Below, piece by piece: positions 7,044-14,596 of a stretch of DNA of 14,634 bases. How positions within the stretch are numbered: position 1 is the stretch's first letter; each line of letters opens with the position of its first letter. The stretch covers positions 1 through 14,634 of the forward strand of contig JBFIML010000066.1 of NCBI GenBank assembly GCA_041611735.1. Reading direction: 5' to 3'. The translations under genes were made by a program, and so were the position numbers. The DNA comes from Myxococcota bacterium. GTDB lineage: Bacteria > Myxococcota_A > UBA9160 > PR03. Under the pieces are notes generated by a model. The model worked only from the letters and a program-made list of their open reading frames with translations. It was not told where the DNA came from and ran no database searches.

Positions 7044-7907
7044 ATGGCGCGCGCCACGGCGACCCGGGTGGGCTTCGTGGGGCTCGGCAACATCGGCCTG
7101 CCCATGGCCGAGCGGCTGCTCACCGCCCGCTTCGAGCTCACGGTCCACGACGTGGACCCGGAGCCCGTCCGCGTGCTCGCGGCGGCCGGGGCCCGCCGGG
7201 CGGGCTCCGCGCGGGAGCTGGCGGCCCAGGCCGAGGTGATCGGCCTGTGCGTGCGCGACGACGCCCAGGTGCGGGAGGTGTCCCAGGCGCTCCTAGCCGG
7301 CGCGGAGCCGGACACGCTGCTGGCCATCCACAGCACGATCCGGCCGGCCACCGTGCACGAGGTGGCGCGCGCGGCGGCCCGCCGGGGCGTGACGGTAGTG
7401 GACGCGCCCGTCACGGGCGGCGCCGTCGGCGCCCGCAGCGGACGCCTGTGCGTCATGGTCGGGGGCGAGCCCGAGGCGGTGGAGCGCTGCCTGCCCGTCT
7501 TCGAGGCCTTCGCCGAGAAGGTGGTGCGCACGGGGCCTCTCGGGAGTGGCGCCGCCACCAAGCTGTGCAACAACCTGATGACCTACCTGGGCTTCCTGGC
7601 GGCCTGGGAGGCGGAGCGGCTCGCCGTGGCCAGCGGCCTCTCCCGCCAGGCCCTCGACGAGGTCGGGCGGCACAACGGGAACCTGAGCCAGCAGAAGCTG
7701 GCCTTCCTGGGCCTGCACCGCTCCCCGGTGGACCGCAGCGACCCGGGCTTCCGCGCCGCGCTGCAGCGCTTCGTCGAGCTGGCGGAGAAGGACCTGACGG
7801 TGACCCTGGACTTCGCCCGGGAGCTGGGCCTGGAGCTGCCCGGCGCGGCCCTGTGCCGCGAAATCGTGGCGCGCGTCTACGGCCTCGAGGACCCGGCGCG
7901 CGATTGA
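7044..7907 (+). CDS. NAD(P)-dependent beta-hydroxyacid dehydrogenase (3-hydroxyisobutyrate DH/6PGDH-like family), Rv0770-like
   Basis: GFVGLGNIG dinucleotide-binding motif, DAPVTGG substrate motif and GSGAATKLCNN catalytic-Lys motif. Confidence 0.9.
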   Translation: MARATATRVGFVGLGNIGLPMAERLLTARFELTVHDVDPEPVRVLAAAGARRAGSARELAAQAEVIGLCVRDDAQVREVSQALLAGAEPDTLLAIHSTIRPATVHEVARAAARRGVTVVDAPVTGGAVGARSGRLCVMVGGEPEAVERCLPVFEAFAEKVVRTGPLGSGAATKLCNNLMTYLGFLAAWEAERLAVASGLSRQALDEVGRHNGNLSQQKLAFLGLHRSPVDRSDPGFRAALQRFVELAEKDLTVTLDFARELGLELPGAALCREIVARVYGLEDPARD

Positions 7908-7926
7908 ACCCACTCCGAGGAGCACC

Positions 7927-8292
7927 ATGGCGAACTCCGACGACAAGCGCAGCCAGGGTCGGGCCCGCTTCGAGCAGGTGATGGGCTTCCCGGCCCCGGA
8001 ACGGGACGGCCCCTTCCTGGACATGACCCTCGATCACCTGTTCGCAGAGCTGTGGAGCCGGGAGGGGCTCTCCACGCGGGAGCGCCGCCTGATCACGCTC
8101 ACCGTGCTCGCCTGCCTGGGGCACGAGCCGACCCTGCGCCTGCATCTCGGGGCCGCCATGCGCGAGGAGCTCAGCGACGCGGAGATCGACGAGGTCATGC
8201 TCCACATCGCCCACTACGCGGGCTGGCCCGTGGGCGCCATCGGCTTCGGTGTGGCGCGCCAGCTCCGGGCCGAGCGCGACCGCAAGGGTTAG
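7927..8292 (+). CDS. Carboxymuconolactone decarboxylase (CMD/PcaC-like) family protein, Rv0771-like
   Basis: HLFAELWSREGLSTRERRLITL...EIDEVMLHIAHYAGWP pattern, with no AhpD-type CxxC. GAGGAG SD. Confidence 0.88.
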   Translation: MANSDDKRSQGRARFEQVMGFPAPERDGPFLDMTLDHLFAELWSREGLSTRERRLITLTVLACLGHEPTLRLHLGAAMREELSDAEIDEVMLHIAHYAGWPVGAIGFGVARQLRAERDRKG

Positions 8293-8336
8293 GAGCCTGA
8301 CCCGGGACTGGCGTGGAGCGGCCCGGGCGCTCGCGC

Positions 8337-8912
8337 CTAGGCGTAGTCCGGCTGGTTGCCGGGTTTCCACTTGATGTTGCAGCCCGTGCTGGGCCGCTGG
8401 TCCGACGCGACGGGCTTCCCGGCCAGCACCGCGTCCACGGCCGCGCGCAGGTCGGCGCCCGTCACCGGCCGCCCGTTGCCCGGGCGGCTGTCGTCGAACT
8501 GGCCCCGGTAGACCAGCCGGCGCTCGGCGTCGAAGAGGTAGAATTCCGGCGTGCAGGCCGCCCGGTAGGCCTTGGCCACCCCCTGGCTCTCGTCGAATAG
8601 ATAGGGGAAGACGTAGCCCGCCCGCTCGATCTCCTCGGCCATGCGCTCCGGCGCATCGTCGGGATGGGTGGTGACGTCGTTGGCGTTGATGGCCACCAGG
8701 GCGAGCCCCCGCTCCGCGTACTGCCTGGCGAACTGGGCCAGGCCGGCCCGGATGTGCTTCACGAACGGGCAGTGGTTGCACAGGAAGGCCACCACCAGCG
8801 CCGGCGCCTTCTCGAAGTCCTCCAGGGCGATCGTGCGTCCGTGGGGATCCGGGAGCCGGAAGGCGGGCGCCCGGGTCCCGAGCGGCAGCATCGTCGAGGG
8901 GGTCACGGCCAT
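8337..8912 (-). CDS. Thioredoxin-fold AhpC/TSA (redoxin) family protein, 191 aa
   Basis: MAVTPSTMLPLGTRAPAFRLPD...FLCNHCPFV...AACTPEFYLFD...GCNIKWK. The start is placed at ATG 8912, which has a GGAGG SD, not at the ORF-track start 9053. Confidence 0.92.
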   Translation of the reverse strand: MAVTPSTMLPLGTRAPAFRLPDPHGRTIALEDFEKAPALVVAFLCNHCPFVKHIRAGLAQFARQYAERGLALVAINANDVTTHPDDAPERMAEEIERAGYVFPYLFDESQGVAKAYRAACTPEFYLFDAERRLVYRGQFDDSRPGNGRPVTGADLRAAVDAVLAGKPVASDQRPSTGCNIKWKPGNQPDYA

Positions 8913-9087
8913 GGCGGGTCCTCCCGGGAGCGCGGGTCTGCGGAGAGTACAGGCGCGGGCTCGCTGACGGAAGTGAACCAAGCCGTCGAGCGCCTGGCTC
9001 GGCCTGGCGGTGCTCACGCGCCGCTCGACCCGTTCGGCCTGGGGCCCCCGCATGGCGCCGAACCCACTCGAGCGTGGCGAGCTGGGC

Positions 9088-10386
9088 TCACAGCTCTGCG
9101 CGCGCCTGCCGGTGCATCCACGCCAGTATCGGGCGCACCCCCAACCCGAGCAGCGGCGGCGGCGGGAGCCAGGAAGGTCGTGGGAGGGACTGGACGTGGC
9201 GGAGCAGCTCGGAGTCGGCGCCCACGGCCAGGTCCGCGAGCAGCATCCCCGACGCTGCGCCGAGCGCCATCCCCACGCCGTTGCAGACCGCCGCGCCGAA
9301 GATGTTCGAGGCCAGGCGCCCGAAGAAAGGGGCCTCGTTCAACGAGATCGCCACGACACCCGCCCACGTGTACTCGAGATCGACACCCGCAAGCTCGGGG
9401 AAGCGGACCCGCAGCGAGTGCCGGTGGGCCGCCCGGACCGCCTCGATCTGTCGCTCCGAGGTGCGCCCGCCCGGGGCGTAGGAGGCGGAGTTGCGGATCA
9501 GGAGGCGCTGATCAGGCGTCCGGCGCAGGGTCGTTCCAACCGGGATCTCGGGCACGAGCCCCCACTCGCGCTCACCACCGAGGGCGCTCTGCTCGGCCTG
9601 CGTGAGCATGCGAGTCAGGCTCGCGAACACCCGGAGCGGGAACATCCGCTGGCGCAGAAAGCCCAGCGCCGGCGAGAAGGCGTTGGTGGTGAGCAGTAGG
9701 TTCGCCGCCTCGATGGATCCCTCCGCGCACTCGAGCCCCAACATCGCGCCCGCCTGGATGGCACGGACCGGAGACTCCTCCAGCAGTACGACGTTGGCAG
9801 GAAGCGCCCCGGCGAGGCCCCGCACCAGCGCCGCCGGCTGCACCAGGACGCCCCCCGGCAACCTCGCGCCGGCGCGGTAGTACGAGGTTCCCGTGATCGC
9901 CTCGAGCTTGCTCGCGTCCAGCTCCTCGTAGGGCTCGCCGAGGGCGTCGAGCTGGCGCAGGAAGCGCTCGACGGCGCGGGTGCCCGCGTCTCCTGCCGCG
10001 CCGTGCAGACGCCCGCCCTCCCGCCATGCGCATTCGATCCGATGGGACCGAACCCGTTGGCGCAGGCTCTCGATCCCGGCTCGCGCCAGCTGGATGCGGC
10101 GGCGCTGCTTCTCGGGTGCGAGACGGCGGTCGTAGTGCCCGAGGTCGGTCAGGAACCCCGAGTTCCGGCCGGAGGCGCCCAAGCCGACCCGCTGCGCCTC
10201 CACCAGCAGGATGCGCGTCTCGGGCAGGAGCTCCGCCAGGCGCCGTGCGGCTGAGAGCCCCGTGATTCCCGCGCCGAGCACCACCCAGTCCGCCCGCTCC
10301 CGACCGCGAAGCCGTCGTGCGGGCGCAGGCACCGGAAGCATCGCGTACCAGCCACACCGGGAATCGTCGGCGGGGAACACTTCCAA
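9088..10386 (-). CDS. FAD-dependent oxidoreductase, DAO/PuuB-like (gamma-glutamylputrescine oxidase-like) family
   Basis: VVLGAGITG dinucleotide fold, GASGRNSG, QPAALVRGLA and CNGVGM motifs. Start is uncertain (TTG 10386 or GTG 10380). Confidence 0.85.
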   Translation of the reverse strand: MEVFPADDSRCGWYAMLPVPAPARRLRGRERADWVVLGAGITGLSAARRLAELLPETRILLVEAQRVGLGASGRNSGFLTDLGHYDRRLAPEKQRRRIQLARAGIESLRQRVRSHRIECAWREGGRLHGAAGDAGTRAVERFLRQLDALGEPYEELDASKLEAITGTSYYRAGARLPGGVLVQPAALVRGLAGALPANVVLLEESPVRAIQAGAMLGLECAEGSIEAANLLLTTNAFSPALGFLRQRMFPLRVFASLTRMLTQAEQSALGGEREWGLVPEIPVGTTLRRTPDQRLLIRNSASYAPGGRTSERQIEAVRAAHRHSLRVRFPELAGVDLEYTWAGVVAISLNEAPFFGRLASNIFGAAVCNGVGMALGAASGMLLADLAVGADSELLRHVQSLPRPSWLPPPPLLGLGVRPILAWMHRQARAEL

Positions 10387-10466
10387 CAGGGTAGCCCACG
10401 GGTTGGCGTCCTACGCTCGGACAGCGGCGCGAAGCACCCCGCTTCCGCTGCCGAACCGAGCCACGG

Positions 10467-11150
10467 CTAGATCCAGGCCAACGCTCGAGCGAGGATCTCT
10501 GTGGCCCCGTTCTCCGCGCAGGCTCCGTGCGCGATCACCAGACGCTCCGGCCTCCAGGCGAGGACCCGCGCCCGGGCCGTGCGGGCGGGGCCCCGGCGCA
10601 AGAAGCTGGTCCGCCATTCCCGCGGCGTACTGCCGCGCTCGCCCACCAGCCCGTCGAGGCGCATCAACATCCCTCTCACGCCCTGCGCCTGCGCCGCGTC
10701 ATGGCGCTGCACGAGGTCGCAGACGATGGCTGTGCGCGACGGGCGATGGAAGAAGACAACCTCCGTCATCGCGATCGAGCCGCGGAAGAGGGTCTGATCG
10801 ATGTCTGACGCCCAGACGGAATCGGCCTGGTCGCCGAGCTCCGCATCAAAGTGCAAGTCCCGCCGTCTCCTGGCGAGCCCGGGTGGCGCATGGAGCCGCG
10901 CCTCCGGCCAGTGCTGGATCCATTCCCTCAGGAAGAGATGGTGGATCTTGTTGGGGGAGACGATGTGGCGAACGGGCCCGATCGACTCCACCGCCCGCTG
11001 GAGCTCGAGGCTGAGCGCGATCGGCGACCAAACCCAAGCGCTGCCGTCCGCCAACCGCACGATCGCCATGCGGGTCGGATACGGGAAGCCGAAAAAGGAG
11101 ACCACGGGGCCGTCGGCCACGTACAAGGATGGCCCGAACTCCTCGAGCAT
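10467..11150 (-). CDS. DUF4336 family protein (metallo-beta-lactamase-like fold)
   Basis: FPYPTRMAIVRLADGS..VWSP, VRHIVSPNKIHHLF, EVVFFHRPSRT.I.CDL and VIAHG motifs are typical of DUF4336. Confidence 0.85.
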   Translation of the reverse strand: MLEEFGPSLYVADGPVVSFFGFPYPTRMAIVRLADGSAWVWSPIALSLELQRAVESIGPVRHIVSPNKIHHLFLREWIQHWPEARLHAPPGLARRRRDLHFDAELGDQADSVWASDIDQTLFRGSIAMTEVVFFHRPSRTAIVCDLVQRHDAAQAQGVRGMLMRLDGLVGERGSTPREWRTSFLRRGPARTARARVLAWRPERLVIAHGACAENGATEILARALAWI

Positions 11151-11310
11151 GATGGCAAGCTACCTGCGCATGGGCGGTGCATCCAGCGCAGCGCACCGCC
11201 CGGTCCAATCGATGCGTGGTAAGTTTGGCGGCGGGCGCCCCGGCTCGAGCGCTCCCCGTCAGCGCGGTGTGCGGGAGCCGGGCGCCGAGAAGCAGAAGGA
11301 GACGACGGCC

Positions 11311-12168
11311 ATGGCCAAGGTCTTGATCACAGGAACCAGCAAGGGAATCGGCCACGACGCCACGCTGATCCTGGCACGCGCGGGACACGAGGTGGTCGCC
11401 ACCATGCGGAACCCGGGCGCCAGCGACCTCGAGAAGATCGCCACAGAAGCGAAGCTCCCGGTGATGGTCCTTCCCATGGACGTAGACGACGATGCGTCGG
11501 TGGCGGAGGTGTTCAGGCAGGTTGGCGACTCGCTCGATGCACTCGTCAACAACGCCGGCATCTTCAGCGTCAACGCCGTCGAAGACGAGAGCCTCGACCA
11601 GTTCCGACGCGTGATGGAGACGAACTACTTCGGCGCCGTGCGCTGCGTAAAGCACGTGCTCCCGGCGATGCGGAGACGCGGCTCGGGCTGCATCATCAAC
11701 GTTACGTCGATCGCCGGGCGTGTCGCCTTCTTCGCGAGCAGCGCCTACAGCGCCTCCAAGTTCGCACTCGAGAGCTTCACGGAGTCCTTGGCCCAGGAAG
11801 TGAAGGGCTACGGAATCAAGGTCGCCCTGGTGGAGCCCGGCATCATCGACACCCCGATGGCGACCACGAATCTGCCCCAATACGACAGCAGCACGGTCTA
11901 TCCGCACGGACGCCGGCTCCACGCCTTCTTCAGCAATCCCGAGAGGGGAGAGGCGCCTCCCACAGTCGTCGCAGACATGATCCGCCACGTCATCGAGGGC
12001 GACGATCCGCGGCTGCGCTTTCCCGTTGGTCCCGATGCGCTGTCGTTCCTGGGCTGGCGCTTTGCACTGAGCGACGAAGACTGGGTCGGCCTCGGTGGCT
12101 TGAAGCGCGACGCGGACTACTTCCAGCGGGTGTTCTTGGATACGGGAGTCGATCTACGTTCGGCATGA
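11311..12168 (+). CDS. Classical SDR oxidoreductase (17-beta-HSD-like subgroup pattern), 285 aa
   Basis: VLITGTSKGIG, ATMRNP, VNNAG, ETNYFG, YSASKFALE and VEPG motifs. AAGGAG SD before ATG 11311; the ORF-track extension from 10801 is a shadow of DUF4336. Confidence 0.9.
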   Translation: MAKVLITGTSKGIGHDATLILARAGHEVVATMRNPGASDLEKIATEAKLPVMVLPMDVDDDASVAEVFRQVGDSLDALVNNAGIFSVNAVEDESLDQFRRVMETNYFGAVRCVKHVLPAMRRRGSGCIINVTSIAGRVAFFASSAYSASKFALESFTESLAQEVKGYGIKVALVEPGIIDTPMATTNLPQYDSSTVYPHGRRLHAFFSNPERGEAPPTVVADMIRHVIEGDDPRLRFPVGPDALSFLGWRFALSDEDWVGLGGLKRDADYFQRVFLDTGVDLRSA

Positions 12169-12362
12169 CCTCTGGAGCGCGAACGTGAACCATTTCGCCG
12201 CTGGCGTATCCTGCAAGAGCCGCGGGTGTCAGCTGCAAGCCGCAGAGCGCCTCAACCTGGACCCGTTGCCGCGGTGGATGGGTTCCCTTCTTGTAGCGGC
12301 ATGGTACCGGGGGCACCGCTGCCCAGGCGCCGCGGCCTGGCCCGCCACCAGGGAGGGCGCCC

Positions 12363-12776
12363 ATGTCGGCTGACTCGCGACGCGAGGACCTCGGCCGCAA
12401 GCATCAGTTCCACGGGCTACAGCCCGTCCTTCCAGTTTGGGAAGTTGCAGCGAGCGCTCAGTATTTCCATGAGGTGCTTGGCTTCGAGATCGACTTCCTG
12501 GAAGGCGATCCTCCCATTCACGGTCGCGTCACGAAGGGCGACGGAAGCTGGGGCCATCCGATCTACATCCATCTCTCGAAGGCGGCGCCCGAGGAAGTAC
12601 GCCCGAGCGGAGAGCTCCGCATCCACGTCGGACACGACCTCGACGGTCTATTCGAGGCGTATCGCCGCCTCGGGGTCGAGGTGGTTTTCACGCCCGTCTC
12701 GCAGGCCTGGGGGCTTCGCGAGTTTGCGGTGCGGGAGATCAACGGGCATGTGCTTCGATTCTGCGCCGAGGCCTAG
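12363..12776 (+). CDS. VOC (glyoxalase/bleomycin resistance) family protein
   Basis: PVLPV.EVAASAQYFHEVLGF...DLDGLFEAY...QAWGLREFAVREINGHVLRF pattern. GGGAGGG SD. Confidence 0.85.
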   Translation: MSADSRREDLGRKHQFHGLQPVLPVWEVAASAQYFHEVLGFEIDFLEGDPPIHGRVTKGDGSWGHPIYIHLSKAAPEEVRPSGELRIHVGHDLDGLFEAYRRLGVEVVFTPVSQAWGLREFAVREINGHVLRFCAEA

Positions 12777-12879
12777 GGGGTTGGTCTTCTCATGGAAGGC
12801 GCGGCGGCGGACGGCGGCCTCGGTGGCGCAGTGGGCGGTGGTACGCTGACAGAAGAGGCCTCCCCCGCCGAGGTGGGAG

Positions 12880-13359
12880 ATGGAACCGCTTCACCTGTTC
12901 GTTGCCCAGTTCCTCTGGTTCCTGCTCGTATGGTCAGCGATCGCCTGCTTGGTGGTCTGGCCGTGGTCTCTCGGGCTCTCCTCGGAGGCGCGGCTTTCGC
13001 TCTGGCTGGCCCCGCAGATGTTCCGTGTCCTGGGTCTCGGGCTGCTGGTCCCGAATCTCTCTCCGGGAATCTCGCGTGAGTTTGCGGTGGCCACGGCGGT
13101 CGGCGACTCGCTCACCGCCACCCTTGCTCTACTGGCCTTCCTCGGGCTGCGTCGGGGCTGGCGGTTCGCGCGGCCCCTGACCTGGGCCTGCATGTTCGTC
13201 GGCATCACCGATCTGCTGGTGGCCTTCCCGCACGCCGCGCGTACGGGGGCCATCGATCATCTCGCCGCGCAGTGGTACGTCCCGGTGTTCGCTGGCCCGG
13301 TCATGGTGGTGTCCCACATCGCCTGCCTCGTGGCCTTGCTTCGCGATCCGCGGGACTAG
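12880..13359 (+). CDS. Hypothetical integral membrane protein (~5 hydrophobic segments)
   Basis: Hydrophobic segments with embedded polar motifs (PQMFR, GD, G.TD, H). Purine-rich SD-like sequence GAGGTGGGAG immediately upstream. Confidence 0.75.
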   Translation: MEPLHLFVAQFLWFLLVWSAIACLVVWPWSLGLSSEARLSLWLAPQMFRVLGLGLLVPNLSPGISREFAVATAVGDSLTATLALLAFLGLRRGWRFARPLTWACMFVGITDLLVAFPHAARTGAIDHLAAQWYVPVFAGPVMVVSHIACLVALLRDPRD

Positions 13360-13617
13360 CGCAGGGGCTCGTCCCCTTCGAGCTGGGCGCGGACCTCGTG
13401 CTGGTGGCCCTCATGGGGAAAGCGAGGGCCCGGAGCAGGGCGTGCTGGCGCGGAACCCTCGCTCGCACGAAAGCCAGGGCCTCTTCAAGTGCGGACCGAC
13501 GAGCCGCTGCCCTTCCGGCTCGTGCCAGCCGAGCGCCGGCACGAGTCGAAGCGCTGGTGTCCTGTCAGGGCACTAGGGGGTTCGCCGTGCCTCCGCGGGT
13601 AGCGCGGCTCGGGGTCC

Positions 13618-14463
13618 TCAAGACACCCGGCGTCTGCGGCCGAGGGCCGCCAGGCCGACCAGGCCCGCGCCAAGCAGCGCCAAAGTGCGCGGCTCCGGAA
13701 CGACCGTCCCGATCGGCGGGTCGAGGCGCGGGCCGACTCCTCCCTCGGTCGACACGGACCAGCCTTCGAAGCCGTCGCTGTTGTCCCAGTTCTTGGCGCT
13801 CTGGCCGGTGCCCTCGTTCGGCTTCTCGCCGACCTTCGAGTAGAGATAGACGTAGGGATGGGTGCCGGCGCCCACGAAGAGCGCGTCGGGGACGTAGAGC
13901 AGCATGTCGAGCTTGCCCGAGCCGCCCCCGTTCAGGTCCATGTCCAGCAGGACGCGGCTGTCGCCGTCCGGGCCCACGTCCAGATCGTAGACGAGGTTCG
14001 CGTTGCCGCCGTAGGTCGGGTGGCCGAGCAGGTTCGGAGCGTTGCCCAGGTAGAGCTGCACCTCGTCCAGGGAGAGGTAGGCGGCCGCGCCACCGCTCTC
14101 GTTGATGTCGAGGGCGAACTCCCGATACAGGACCCCCGAGATCACGATCTGGGGCACCGCGTCGAGCAGCAGGGAGTGCGTGAACGAGCCTCCGACCTCG
14201 TCGTACTGGAAGGGGGCGCCGTCGGTGTTGTAGCCCTGGGTGCTCGGCGTGCTCGCCGCCTGGTAGCGCACGAACTCGTCCACGGCTCCGGAGCCGGCGC
14301 CGCTCGAGGTGAACTGGTAGAAGCGGGCCCCGTTCAGCGCGCCGCTCGAGAGCGCGGTGGTCAGGTCCAGCTCCGTGATCGCGGCAGCGGGCGTGGGGAT
14401 CGAGAGCGCCGCCAGGAGCGCAACCCCTGCGAGCGGGCCAGAGCGTGCCGTCGTGCAATGCAT
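13618..14463 (-). CDS. PEP-CTERM sorting-domain surface protein, 281 aa
   Basis: N-terminal signal peptide (LAGVALLAALSIPTPAAA). C-terminal VPEP, then a TM helix (TLALLGAGLVGLAALG), then RRRR. AAGGAG SD before ATG 14463. Confidence 0.92.
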   Translation of the reverse strand: MHCTTARSGPLAGVALLAALSIPTPAAAITELDLTTALSSGALNGARFYQFTSSGAGSGAVDEFVRYQAASTPSTQGYNTDGAPFQYDEVGGSFTHSLLLDAVPQIVISGVLYREFALDINESGGAAAYLSLDEVQLYLGNAPNLLGHPTYGGNANLVYDLDVGPDGDSRVLLDMDLNGGGSGKLDMLLYVPDALFVGAGTHPYVYLYSKVGEKPNEGTGQSAKNWDNSDGFEGWSVSTEGGVGPRLDPPIGTVVPEPRTLALLGAGLVGLAALGRRRRVS

Positions 14464-14535
14464 CGAATCGAGCTCCTTTCTTCGCACCGCCCACATCCCC
14501 GAGGGAACCCAGCGGCTACAGCTGGCTGATCATGA

Positions 14536-14551
14536 AGCAATGTGTGTGCCA
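14536..14551 (-). promoter_or_regulatory. Sigma-54 (-24/-12) promoter of the PEP-CTERM gene
   Basis: Minus strand TGGCACACACATTGCT: GG-N10-GC with the consensus TGGCAC and TTGC boxes. Confidence 0.82.
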
Positions 14552-14579
14552 TAGTGCCGGGGTCTGGATAAAGGCGCAT

Positions 14580-14596
14580 AATCGGGTCCTTTACAC
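14580..14596 (-). promoter_or_regulatory. Candidate PEP-CTERM-box enhancer (PrsR-type activator site)
   Basis: Minus strand GTGTAAAGGACCCGATT lies ~30-45 bp upstream of the sigma-54 site. It resembles the TGTAAA-containing motif recalled for PEP-CTERM gene promoters. Confidence 0.55.

Noticed and set aside
8293-8336. Small GAGCG/CGCTC hairpin between the convergent CMD and redoxin genes as a terminator
   Set aside because: The stem is short with no U-tract and is indistinguishable from chance in GC-rich DNA.
10400-10485. Bulged hairpin flanked by GTTGGC...GCCAAC as an integron attC site
   Set aside because: The core-site order is the reverse of attC (RYYYAAC...GTTRRRY). No such sites flank neighbouring genes, and there is no integrase in the window.
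12185-12373. 62-aa ORF between the SDR and VOC genes
   Set aside because: No recognisable motifs, atypical codon usage and weak start signals. It is probably intergenic or a decayed fragment.
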